Of a stretch of 64,000 nt of DNA, positions 32,226-41,494 are shown piece by piece (position 1 is the first letter of the stretch; each line of letters begins with the position of its first letter). The notes below the pieces were generated by a model, which was given only the letters and a program-made list of their open reading frames with translations, ran no database searches and was not told the origin of the DNA. The position numbers and the translations under genes were made by a program. Source of the DNA: a bacterium. GTDB lineage: Bacteria > Hinthialibacterota > Hinthialibacteria > Hinthialibacterales > Hinthialibacteraceae. Location of the stretch: NCBI GenBank assembly GCA_963662285.2, contig CAXXMV010000008.1:224001-288000 (forward strand), given 5' to 3'.

Positions 32226-34921
32226 GTATTCAACACATCAATGCCATTAGCAATCGCTTAAGTTTACGCCTTCCTCAGCGGGATTCTCTTGAGATTCTGG
32301 CTCGTGTGTGCGAGATAATTTCCCTAGAAAAAGGTGGCGACACAGCCCAAACCTTGGCAACGATCAAAGGAGAGTTTCCAACTGTCGAGGATTTCGAGCG
32401 CGATTTTCCTTCCCTATGCTTTGCCATTGCCACAGGCGTCGGCAAGACGCGTTTGATGGGTGCTTTTATCAGTTACCTGTACTTGAGCGAAGGCATCCGC
32501 CATTTCTTCGTACTCGCACCCAACCTGACGATCTACAATAAGTTGATCGCTGATTTCACACCGAATACGCCGAAATATGTTTTTAAAGGCATTTCCGATT
32601 TTACGGTCAATCCACCTCTGATCGTAACAGGAGAAAACTATCAGGATGGGCGTGGGATCAGAAGAGATGGTTATTTAACAAACGAAGAATGGGAACTGGA
32701 TGTCCATATCAATATTTTCAATATTTCAAAAATCAACAGTGAAGTACGCGGTGGGAATAGCCCACGTATCAAGCGATTAAGCGAGTATATCGGGCAAAGT
32801 TATTTTGAATACCTCGCAGGATTGGACGATCTGGTGATGTTGATGGATGAATCGCATCGCTACCGGGCTAGCGCCGGAGTTAAGGCGATCAACGAATTGA
32901 AACCCATCCTGGGACTAGAACTAACTGCTACACCACAAGTGGAGCGCGGTAAGCGTACTGATCTTTTCAAAAACATAATCTACAGTTATCCCTTAAGCAG
33001 TGCGATGACCGACGGTTTCGTAAAAGAACCAGCAGTTGCGACACGGGAGAACTTCAATGCTGCGAACTACTCTGAAGAAGGCCTGGAAAAGATCAAACTT
33101 GAAGACGGTGTTCGGATTCATGAAAATACAAAAGTCGAATTAGAGGTGTACGCTCGGAACAACAATAAGCAAATATTCAAACCGTTCATGCTGGTTGTAG
33201 CCCAGGATACAACACATGCCAATGCGTTACAACAGCTGATGGAAGATGATGCTTTCTTTGAAGGACGATATAAAGGCAAAGTAATTACTGTTCACTCTAA
33301 CGTGCGCGGCGAAGAAAAAGATGATGTCATAGAGCAGTTACTAAATGTTGAAAATCCGGACTCTCCAGTTGAGGTTGTCATCCACGTCAATATGCTCAAA
33401 GAGGGATGGGACGTTAAGAATCTTTATACCATTGTCCCCTTACGGGCAGCGAACTCCCGTACCCTGGTGGAACAATCCATTGGTCGCGGTCTGCGTTTAC
33501 CCTACGACAAGCGAGTTGGCGTCTCTGCGGTGGATCGCCTAACTATCGTATCTCATGAAAAATTTCAGGAAATCATAGATCACGCCAACGATCCAAACTC
33601 AATCATCCATACAGGAGTGATTATTGGAAAGGATATACCAGAGGAAAGTAAGAAGGCTGTAATTGTAGAATCAAAGTTTGAGAAAATCATCTCAACGCCC
33701 CCGCCAAAGGCTGGAGAAAAAGGAAAGGCTCCAGATACTCCCAGCCTCTTCGAGAAACCAGAAGAACAGGAAATAGCGAAGACTACGTTTCAGGTTATTC
33801 GTCAATACGAACGTCTCCGTGGAAGCGAACAACTTCAGGACGCAGATATCCAGAAGGAAATCATCAAAAAGGTTGAGGAGATTGCCCAGCCCAAACTCGG
33901 ACTTCTATACGATAGTCTTGACGAAGATACCATCGCAAATATTGTAAATGAGACCACAACACTATATCAGAACCTCTCCATCGACATTCCAAAAATCGTT
34001 GTTGTGCCTAAAGGTGATGTGGTCGCTGGATATCAGGAATTCGATCTGGATACAAGAAACATCAACCTACAACCTGTGGCGCAGGACATTCTCATTCAGC
34101 ACCTGCATGATATGAAGCGATACAAACTCCGTAACGGATCAGGCATAGTTGAAGAGAAACGACCAGAAGATTACCTAGTACGCGGATTGGTCGATTTCAA
34201 TGATATCAGTTATGACGATCACGCAGCATTGCTCTACAAACTGGCTGCTCAGGTCGTAGCGCATCTGCACTCCTACTTGAGTGAAGAAGATGACGTGGTG
34301 AATGTGTTGCAATATCACCAGCAATCTCTTGTTAACCTGATCCACTCCCAAATGCAGGATCATTTCACAGAGACATCTGCATCTTATGAGGCTCATGTTA
34401 CAAAAGGATATCGTACTTTGCGTCCTAATAACTATACCGCTGGTGCTGAACAAGCGGTTCGTGATTTCAGAATGCCTATCCCTGATGGCGAGAAAAATCA
34501 AATCAAAAACATGATTTTCGACGGATTCAAAAAATGCTTATATCCAATACAAAAATTTGATTCCGATTCAGAAAGACGTTTTGCAGCGATCCTTGAGAAC
34601 GACGAGGTTGTCCTAAAGTGGTTCAAACCTGCCAAAGGTGATTTTCAGATTCACTACAGCCATGATAAATCGTATGAACCGGATTTTGTCGTTGAAACCA
34701 CTACCGAGAAATATCTCTGTGAACCCAAACGTGCATCAGAAGTTTCAGATGATATCGTTCAATTAAAAGCTGATGCAGCGGCGGTATGGTGCGAACATGC
34801 CACGCTTCACTCAAAGAATTTTAACGGTAAGCCCTGGAACTATCTTTTGATTCCTCATGACCAGATATCCGAGCAAATGAGTTTAGCAGGTCTGGCAGCC
34901 AAGTGTACTTATGTAACGTAG
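32222..34921 (+). CDS. res: Type III restriction enzyme Res subunit (DEAH-type helicase plus nuclease)
   Basis: ATGVGKT, MDESHRY, LTATP, MLKEGWD, QSIGRGLR, YEPDFVVE...EPK. Confidence 0.93.
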   Translation: MSIQHINAISNRLSLRLPQRDSLEILARVCEIISLEKGGDTAQTLATIKGEFPTVEDFERDFPSLCFAIATGVGKTRLMGAFISYLYLSEGIRHFFVLAPNLTIYNKLIADFTPNTPKYVFKGISDFTVNPPLIVTGENYQDGRGIRRDGYLTNEEWELDVHINIFNISKINSEVRGGNSPRIKRLSEYIGQSYFEYLAGLDDLVMLMDESHRYRASAGVKAINELKPILGLELTATPQVERGKRTDLFKNIIYSYPLSSAMTDGFVKEPAVATRENFNAANYSEEGLEKIKLEDGVRIHENTKVELEVYARNNNKQIFKPFMLVVAQDTTHANALQQLMEDDAFFEGRYKGKVITVHSNVRGEEKDDVIEQLLNVENPDSPVEVVIHVNMLKEGWDVKNLYTIVPLRAANSRTLVEQSIGRGLRLPYDKRVGVSAVDRLTIVSHEKFQEIIDHANDPNSIIHTGVIIGKDIPEESKKAVIVESKFEKIISTPPPKAGEKGKAPDTPSLFEKPEEQEIAKTTFQVIRQYERLRGSEQLQDADIQKEIIKKVEEIAQPKLGLLYDSLDEDTIANIVNETTTLYQNLSIDIPKIVVVPKGDVVAGYQEFDLDTRNINLQPVAQDILIQHLHDMKRYKLRNGSGIVEEKRPEDYLVRGLVDFNDISYDDHAALLYKLAAQVVAHLHSYLSEEDDVVNVLQYHQQSLVNLIHSQMQDHFTETSASYEAHVTKGYRTLRPNNYTAGAEQAVRDFRMPIPDGEKNQIKNMIFDGFKKCLYPIQKFDSDSERRFAAILENDEVVLKWFKPAKGDFQIHYSHDKSYEPDFVVETTTEKYLCEPKRASEVSDDIVQLKADAAAVWCEHATLHSKNFNGKPWNYLLIPHDQISEQMSLAGLAAKCTYVT

Positions 34922-34925
34922 CGAA

Positions 34926-35012
34926 GTAGGGTGGGCTAAAAGCGCCAGCGTACCATGATTTAGAAAAAAAGCGACGTCGATTCAGTGAGTCAAAAAGCGC
35001 AACCCACCCTAC
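34926..35012. repeat. REPIN (GTAGGGTGGG...CCCACCCTAC)
   Basis: 10-bp terminal inverted repeat gtagggtggg / cccaccctac. Confidence 0.75.
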
Positions 35013-35058
35013 AGGGCTGAATATTTATTAAATAATATTTTGCTTAAGGTAAGAGTAT

Positions 35059-35655
35059 ATGAAAACTTTGGGATTTACTCTGATCGAATTACTGATAGTG
35101 GTTGCAATTATTGGGATTCTTGCGGCGATTGCCGTACCCAACTTTTTAAATGCACAGGTTCGGGCCAAGGTCGCTAAAATTTTCGCTAATCAAAAAGCCG
35201 TAGCGACAGCATTGGAGATGTACCGGACGGACAACAACAGCTACATTCCAATGTATGCCTATGGTGGAACATTTAATGACTATGCGCCTTACAGAGCATT
35301 AACCACCCCCGTAGCCTATCTATCATCTCTAGAAGCCGTGAACAATCCATTCGCCAGCATCCAGCATAAGAACACTGCGGAAAATACTTACGACCAAAAG
35401 TATGAATACACGCCAAGAAAGTATGGTCAGGGAACTAAGGTCCCGGCCCTTTCTGATCTGAACGCCGATATGTATCTATTGGAGGGAGTTGGGCCATCCC
35501 AAATAGACGGTATACCCGGCAGTCCTAATTATCCCGGCAAACCAAGCAGTTTTGCGCCTTACGATATGAGCAATGGATTAAAAAGTTTAGGCGCGATTTT
35601 CATTACCGGCGGTGTTTATACGCCAGATTGGATTAAGGCCAATAAAGCTTTTTAG
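35059..35655 (+). CDS. Type II secretion/type IV pilin-like protein
   Basis: MKTLG|FTLIELLIVVAIIGILAAIAVPNFLNAQVRAK. Confidence 0.92.
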   Translation: MKTLGFTLIELLIVVAIIGILAAIAVPNFLNAQVRAKVAKIFANQKAVATALEMYRTDNNSYIPMYAYGGTFNDYAPYRALTTPVAYLSSLEAVNNPFASIQHKNTAENTYDQKYEYTPRKYGQGTKVPALSDLNADMYLLEGVGPSQIDGIPGSPNYPGKPSSFAPYDMSNGLKSLGAIFITGGVYTPDWIKANKAF

Positions 35656-35688
35656 CGAAGTCGGATGGGATAATGCGAAAGCGTGTCT

Positions 35689-35727
35689 CATCGTTTCAAT
35701 TAACCTATACATCGATAAATGAATTTC
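35689..35727 (+). repeat. 39-bp direct repeat, copy 1 (copy 2 at 38415-38453)
   Basis: catcgtttcaattaacctatacatcgataaatgaatttc vs catcgtttcaattagcctgtgcatcgatatatgaatttc (35/39 identical). Confidence 0.85.
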
Positions 35728-35913
35728 CTTAATACATTGGGAAGAACGCTTTATCATCCCACCGCAAGATTTGTCTAAGATATCATTCCCTAAAAATAAT
35801 ATGAGTAAACTCATTTTATATATTGACAAGGGTGTATTTGCGGGATAAATTTTGAGTATACTCATTATTATAAATAAAGAGGATTGGATTGAGTTTTTCA
35901 GGAGGTAAAGCAA

Positions 35914-36543
35914 ATGTGGACCATCCGTATAGTGTTGTTTGTTGTGTTGCTAGCATTGGACGGCATTGGCGCTTATCTGATAAAGTACCGCAGCCAATAC
36001 AAGAGACTTTTCGAAAGCACTGTTTTCAATACGGTGCTTGTGGTATTCGGTAACTGCGTTATCTATCTGATTGTCATCCTGCCGCCTGATGGAGGTTGGA
36101 ATGCGCGGCCTGATTGGATGCAGCACGCCAGCGTCAGTATTGGTTTCCCGGTTATGGGATTGCTCTTAATCTGCGCCGGGGCTTTTCTGGCTATCGCCAC
36201 CCTTAAACAACGAAAGGTTATTGGTCTCCAGAATGTCGAAGAAGGATTGCTGACGTCGGGCTTATACAAGTTTTTAAGGCATCCCATCTACACGGGGATT
36301 ATGTGTTTTACCCTGGGATTGGCGCTCTTGCTCAGAAATCCGGATGGACTGCTGATATTTCCCGCTATCTTGACGTGGATAATTGCAGGAACGTTTTTTG
36401 AAGAAAAACGCGATATGTGCGTCAGATTCCCCGAACAATATCAACAATACAGGCAAACCACAAGAATGTTTGGCCCTATATGGATTTGGATAGTGTTGAT
36501 TCTAACCTTATTCGCCCTAGCAGGCATTGGAATCTTAAATTGA
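35914..36543 (+). CDS. Isoprenylcysteine carboxyl methyltransferase (ICMT/PEMT)-family membrane protein
   Basis: LLTSGLYKFLRHPIYTG, EEK....RFPEQYQQYR. Confidence 0.88.
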   Translation: MWTIRIVLFVVLLALDGIGAYLIKYRSQYKRLFESTVFNTVLVVFGNCVIYLIVILPPDGGWNARPDWMQHASVSIGFPVMGLLLICAGAFLAIATLKQRKVIGLQNVEEGLLTSGLYKFLRHPIYTGIMCFTLGLALLLRNPDGLLIFPAILTWIIAGTFFEEKRDMCVRFPEQYQQYRQTTRMFGPIWIWIVLILTLFALAGIGILN

Positions 36544-36566
36544 CTTATAACAAAGGGCGCTTAGTT

Positions 36567-36600
36567 GATTCGGTGGGTCAAAAAACGCGACCCACCCCAC
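36567..36600 (-). repeat. GTGG/GTAG-type REP arm
   Basis: gattcggtgggtcaaaaaacgcgacccaccccac; near-identical copy at 38457-38488. Confidence 0.8.
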
Positions 36601-36812
36601 GGGGCTTATATCATAAGTAATAGCATCAAGGGCTAACCGCTATACGGTCTTTCACTTGGCGCCCGCAATAAACAACAGTTTGAAAACCAACCATTAAATT
36701 CAAATTTACCTTTACTATCAAGAAAATACGATATAACCTCATGAAATAACCGAATAATTTGTTGGCCGATACGTTGAAAATGAAAAGAAGATTTTGAAAC
36801 CGTGAGTATAAA

Positions 36813-37637
36813 ATGGAAATAACTACTGACATACATCTTGGAGATTGTAAGGATCAGTTAAAACTACTCCAAGACGACTCGATTGACCTTGTGGTAACAT
36901 CACCGCCTTACGCAGACCAGCGCAAAAATACATACGGCGGCATCCGCCACGACAAGTACGTGGAATGGTTTTTGCCTATTTCCGAACAGCTATTACGCGT
37001 CCTAAAACCAACGGGAACTTTCGTCTTAAACATCAAAGAAAAGGTAGTGGAAGGGGAGCGCAGTACCTATGTAATGGAACTTATTTTAGAAATGCGTAAA
37101 CAGGGATGGTTGTGGACCGAAGAATTTATCTGGCATAAGAAAAATTGCTATCCAGGTAAATGGCCTAACCGTTTTCGTGATGCTTGGGAAAGACTGTTGC
37201 AATTCAATAAAAACCGGAAATTCAATATGTATCAGGAAGAAGTAATGGTTCCAATGGGCGACTGGGCCAATGCAAGACTAAAAAACCTTTCAGACACCGA
37301 TAAAATCCGTGATAACTCAAAAGTTGGAAGCGGATTTGGTAAAAACATTTCAAACTGGATTGACAGAGATAAAGCCTACCCGACAAACGTTTTACATTTA
37401 GCAACCGAATGCAACAACAAAAATCACAGCGCATCCTTTCCAGAAGAGTTGCCGGAATGGTTTATCAAACTTTTTACCAAAGAAAATGACATTGTTCTTG
37501 ATCCATTTATGGGTTCTGGAACAACTTTAGTTGTCGCAAACCGGATGAAACGAAATTCAATAGGCATCGATATTGTTCCAGAGTATTGCGAAATGGTGAG
37601 AAAACAATTGGAATCCGTTGAAGTATATCTGTTTTAG
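36813..37637 (+). CDS. Type II DNA methyltransferase, probably N4-cytosine, beta class
   Basis: TSPPY motif IV precedes DPFMGSGTT motif I. Confidence 0.92.
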   Translation: MEITTDIHLGDCKDQLKLLQDDSIDLVVTSPPYADQRKNTYGGIRHDKYVEWFLPISEQLLRVLKPTGTFVLNIKEKVVEGERSTYVMELILEMRKQGWLWTEEFIWHKKNCYPGKWPNRFRDAWERLLQFNKNRKFNMYQEEVMVPMGDWANARLKNLSDTDKIRDNSKVGSGFGKNISNWIDRDKAYPTNVLHLATECNNKNHSASFPEELPEWFIKLFTKENDIVLDPFMGSGTTLVVANRMKRNSIGIDIVPEYCEMVRKQLESVEVYLF

Positions 37638-37650
37638 CCAAAGGCGAATT

Positions 37651-38397
37651 ATGGAAAAACTAAACCTAAAAGATGTAACTCAGTACGTTAAACAAAATAT
37701 CGGGACATTTCACCAAAAGCGTATTCAAAGCCTTGACGGATTAAAATTGTCGCAGGTTCTCAAACGGAAAAATCCCTATCTATTCAAAGCAAAATATGTG
37801 TTGACTGCTGAACAGATTATAAAAGGCTTAATGGATGCGCATATCTCATCGAACGAAGAAACTATTTTTGGAGATTGGCTGGAAGGACTTGCAATTTTCA
37901 TCAACGATAAGGTTTACGATGGACGTAAATCAGGCATAAAAGGCATTGACCTTGAATTTGACAACAAAGGAACAAGAAACATCGTAACAATCAAATCGGG
38001 ACCTAATTGGGGTAACAGTTCACAAATTGCAAAAATGGCAACAGATTTCAAGACTGCTAAAAAGACGCTGAGAACCAGTAATTCAAAATTGAACATAGTT
38101 GCTGTAAACGGTTGCTGTTACGGTAGAGACAACAAACCCGACAAGGGAAACTATTTCAAATATTGCGGTCAACGCTTTTGGGAGTTTATATCAGGTGATA
38201 GCGAACTGTTTACAGAAATCATCGAACCACTTGGGTATAAAGCCAAAGAAAAGAATGATAACTTTGTAAAATCGTATTCGCAAATGATTAACATTTTCAC
38301 CAAAGAATTTTCAAATATATACTGCAAAGACAATGGAGAAATTGACTGGGAAAAATTGGTTCGATTCAACTCTGCGTCAGTACAACCAAAGAAATAA
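37651..38397 (+). CDS. Type II restriction endonuclease (EcoO109I/PmeII-like)
   Basis: KRKNPYLF, SSNEETIFGDWLE, GIDLEF, IKSGPNWGNSSQ, CGQRFWEFISG; directly after the MTase; start MEKLNL. Confidence 0.85.
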   Translation: MEKLNLKDVTQYVKQNIGTFHQKRIQSLDGLKLSQVLKRKNPYLFKAKYVLTAEQIIKGLMDAHISSNEETIFGDWLEGLAIFINDKVYDGRKSGIKGIDLEFDNKGTRNIVTIKSGPNWGNSSQIAKMATDFKTAKKTLRTSNSKLNIVAVNGCCYGRDNKPDKGNYFKYCGQRFWEFISGDSELFTEIIEPLGYKAKEKNDNFVKSYSQMINIFTKEFSNIYCKDNGEIDWEKLVRFNSASVQPKK

Positions 38398-38414
38398 AAA
38401 GCGCCAGCCTATCC

Positions 38415-38488
38415 CATCGTTTCAATTAGCCTGTGCATCGATATATGAATTTCTATGATTCGATGGGTCAAATCGCGACCCACCCCAC
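38415..38488 (+). repeat. 39-bp repeat copy 2 plus REP arm, right edge of the defence block
   Basis: catcgtttcaattagcctgtgcatcgatatatgaatttc then gattcgatgggtcaaatcgcgacccaccccac. Confidence 0.8.
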
Positions 38489-38511
38489 GGGATAAGGTGT
38501 TTCATTCACCA

Positions 38512-39753
38512 TTAATCCTGCAATTCCAATATCAAAGATTCTTCATCTTCTTTGTCCGCTTTCGTGTTGTACATTCTGTCGCGGACTTCCTGAGCCAGTT
38601 TTATCATCTCATCGAAGATGGAGTGCAAGTCTTTATCGTGCAACGCCGAGAAGGTAATAGATGGTTCGCAGGTATGTTGCAAGAATTTTAATAAGGATTC
38701 GTCTTTCACCTGATCGCGCTTGTTTAATATTGTCAGCAGAGGTTTATCATCAGCTTCCAAATCTCTGAGAACGTCATTCACCACTTCGATATGCCGTTCA
38801 GCGTCTTCGCAAGACGCGTCGAGTACGAGGATCAGCGCATCGGCTTCAACCACTTCGGCCAGCGTTGCGCGGAAAGCGCCTAGCAAAGGCGCGGGGAGGT
38901 CTTCAATGAATCCCACCGTGTCCGATAGTAACAGGCGGGTTCCGTCATTTAAGAATAAACGGCGCGTAGTTGTATCAAGCGTACAGAAGAGTTGATCTTC
39001 GGCTGCAACTTTGGATTTGGTCAGCCGGTTAAGCAGCGTCGATTTGCCAGCGTTGGTATAACCGACGAAGGAGACAGAAATCAGTCCTGCACGTTTGCGC
39101 GACCGGCGTTGTACTTTACCTACCTCACGGCATTTTTTGTATTCTTCTTTCAGTTTGCTTATGCGGATATCGATACGGCGGCGGTCGACTTCGAGTTGGG
39201 TTTCACCAGGTCCACGCGTCCCGATACCACCGGCCAGTTTGGAAAGTTCGCGTCCCCGCCCGATTAATTTAGGTTTCAAGTATTGTAATTGAGCCAGTTC
39301 GACCTGGATTTTTCCATCCCGCGTCACGGCGTGTTGAGCGAAGATATCAAGGATCAACTCTGCGCGGTCAAAAACTCTCCGGTCGAGCGATTTTTCGAGG
39401 TTCCGTTGCTGTATAGGAGTCAAGTCGCAGCCAAAGAGAACAATATCGATAGAGTTGTTATCGCGGTTATGTGCATCGATTTCGGAGTGGGATTTTATAA
39501 ACTCAGCAATTTCTATAACTTTCCCACTACCGATTAAGGTTTTGGCGTTTGGCGCCCGCAGATTCTGCGCAACAACCTCGACGGTTTGTAATCCAGCCGT
39601 GGTTGCAAGTTGAATCATTTCATCCGCCAGGGCTTTGTGATGCGCTGGGGTTTGTTCCGGCCGGTTGGCCATAATCAATAACGCCCGTATGGCATATACG
39701 CTCTCGCTATTCGATTTCGAATTGTATCCCTTTTTCGTCATAAATAACCTCAT
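38512..39753 (-). CDS. hflX: GTPase HflX
   Basis: GIGTRGPGETQLEVDRRRI, GYTNAGKSTL, LF.TLDTT, DTVGF, NKRD; exact start uncertain. Confidence 0.97.
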   Translation of the reverse strand: MRLFMTKKGYNSKSNSESVYAIRALLIMANRPEQTPAHHKALADEMIQLATTAGLQTVEVVAQNLRAPNAKTLIGSGKVIEIAEFIKSHSEIDAHNRDNNSIDIVLFGCDLTPIQQRNLEKSLDRRVFDRAELILDIFAQHAVTRDGKIQVELAQLQYLKPKLIGRGRELSKLAGGIGTRGPGETQLEVDRRRIDIRISKLKEEYKKCREVGKVQRRSRKRAGLISVSFVGYTNAGKSTLLNRLTKSKVAAEDQLFCTLDTTTRRLFLNDGTRLLLSDTVGFIEDLPAPLLGAFRATLAEVVEADALILVLDASCEDAERHIEVVNDVLRDLEADDKPLLTILNKRDQVKDESLLKFLQHTCEPSITFSALHDKDLHSIFDEMIKLAQEVRDRMYNTKADKEDEESLILELQD

Positions 39754-40085
39754 TCATTTCTTTGTACACAGTTAAGTTTAACACGACAAACATAACATCC
39801 AGAGTGGTTGCAATAATAATGTTCCGATTCGCGACTCGTAGAAGCCAGAAAAGATAGAATATCCTTCTGTACCGGAAACTATACAAGCCGCCAATGAGCA
39901 AGTTAATTCAATGAATCACGCCAAATTCTTTCGATAGTATTCATATTCATGTCGAAAAACACTAAACGGGACTTCCCCAATCACTTCGCCTGTGGATAAT
40001 TAGAGCGATTCTCAAAATAACGTACGTCAATGCGCATATATTTTTGTTTACCGCTTTAGGTATTATTACAGAAAGAGGAATAACC

Positions 40086-40496
40086 ATGAAATTACATAGT
40101 ATTATAGGATTGTTATTATTGGCCTGCCTGCTCACAGTTGGTTGCGCCACCACGACTTGTAAAAACAATGCTTGCTCCAACCAGGCGCCGGGTTTTATGC
40201 ATATCGTGTTTTTCTGGTATAACCAGGACGCTAACGCCTTTCAGAAGCAGCAATTAGCCGATGATTGCCTGGCTTATCTCGCCAAAGTCAAGACGGTGCG
40301 TAAACTGACCATTGGCGATCCAGCCGGGACGCCGCGTGATGTGGTTGATAACAGCTATGGTTTATGCCTGGTAGTCCATTTCGATGATAAAGCAGGGCAT
40401 GAATATTACCAAACCGCCCCAGAACACCTAGAATTTATCGCCAGAAACAAAAATACCTGGGATCGGGTTCAAGTCTATGACATGATTCCAAAATAA
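40086..40496 (+). CDS. Dabb (stress-responsive A/B barrel) family lipoprotein
   Basis: Lipobox LTVGC; HIVFFW, PAGTPRDVVDNSY, YQTAPEH..FI. Confidence 0.85.
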   Translation: MKLHSIIGLLLLACLLTVGCATTTCKNNACSNQAPGFMHIVFFWYNQDANAFQKQQLADDCLAYLAKVKTVRKLTIGDPAGTPRDVVDNSYGLCLVVHFDDKAGHEYYQTAPEHLEFIARNKNTWDRVQVYDMIPK

Positions 40497-40691
40497 AACT
40501 GTTTTAGGCGGCTTGCTCTACATGTCATTAGTCAGGAATTGTGTTATACTTGTGAATACCGCAGAACCGTCTGAATTTGGTCGTTCATACCACTTCTCAG
40601 AATCCCTGAATGGTGCTATCTATTCTATAATTGCGGAAGATTTTAAAATTTTTTCGCCGCGCCCCCATGACGGGGGTTGAGGAGGTAAATT

Positions 40692-41315
40692 GTGGCTTCA
40701 ACAATACTCAAAGATATCGAAGAGGAAATGGAAGAGATCCAGATGCTCATGAAGATCTGGAATAAGTTCTATCATATCCTGACTACGACTTTCTACAATA
40801 AAGACGCCGATATCAATAAGCTCGACGTAGAATTTCAACAGGTAAAGCAGATCGTGGCGGAACACCATGGCCACTTTATGAAAGTTATCAAGAAAGACTT
40901 TCATATCGGTCAATCGGTTCTTACCACTGTAAAGCGCACTATATCGCTTGTAGGATTTCAGGATCTCAGCCAACTCGAAATCAATAAAACTTTGATTGAG
41001 TGGCACGAGGCCAACATCCTGCTCAACGAAACGCTTGGTTCTTTGGAATGCGACCGGGATCTTATTATTCGCGGACGCAGTAAAACTAAAGTCCCTCAAA
41101 AAGGTTTTGCTCAAAAAATCAAAGATTTCACTAAAAGTGGATTATTTAAGGCTATAATCAACCTGATAATACTGATTGCCTTGATTGGCGTTTTGGTAAT
41201 GTTCTGGGATACCATATCGCAATCCAAATATTACATAAATTACTTTAAATGGATGGTTGATCCAATTCTTAAAATGATCGGTATTGCAGTTGAAGAAGCG
41301 CCTCCAGCGCAGTAA
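40692..41315 (+). CDS. Hypothetical protein with C-terminal TM helix
   Basis: GGAGG RBS with GTG start; followed by a terminator. Confidence 0.75.
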   Translation: MASTILKDIEEEMEEIQMLMKIWNKFYHILTTTFYNKDADINKLDVEFQQVKQIVAEHHGHFMKVIKKDFHIGQSVLTTVKRTISLVGFQDLSQLEINKTLIEWHEANILLNETLGSLECDRDLIIRGRSKTKVPQKGFAQKIKDFTKSGLFKAIINLIILIALIGVLVMFWDTISQSKYYINYFKWMVDPILKMIGIAVEEAPPAQ

Positions 41316-41356
41316 AAAGCAGGTAAAAGTTTGGATTTAACGAAAAAATTTGATAC

Positions 41357-41383
41357 AAAGGGCGCGGTTTCCGCGCCCTTTTT
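41357..41383 (+). terminator. Intrinsic terminator
   Basis: aaagggcgcgg-ttt-ccgcgccc-ttttt. Confidence 0.85.
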
Positions 41384-41494
41384 CGTACGATCAGAGATAT
41401 AATTTCATTTTGATTTTGGTTTTACGTTACTAATACTCACCATGAAACGGTTTTAAGATAGAAGAATACAAATTAATACTGGTATTAATAAAAA

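Noticed and set aside
35689-38453. All four mismatches between the 39-bp repeats fall on adenines of copy 1 (DGR-like pattern)
   Set aside because: The repeat is short, non-coding and AT-rich, and three of the four changes are ordinary transitions; there is no RT gene, so chance is sufficient.
27611-38488. Recurring palindromic repeats as a CRISPR array
   Set aside because: Copies are degenerate, irregularly spaced, separated by whole genes, and no cas genes are present.
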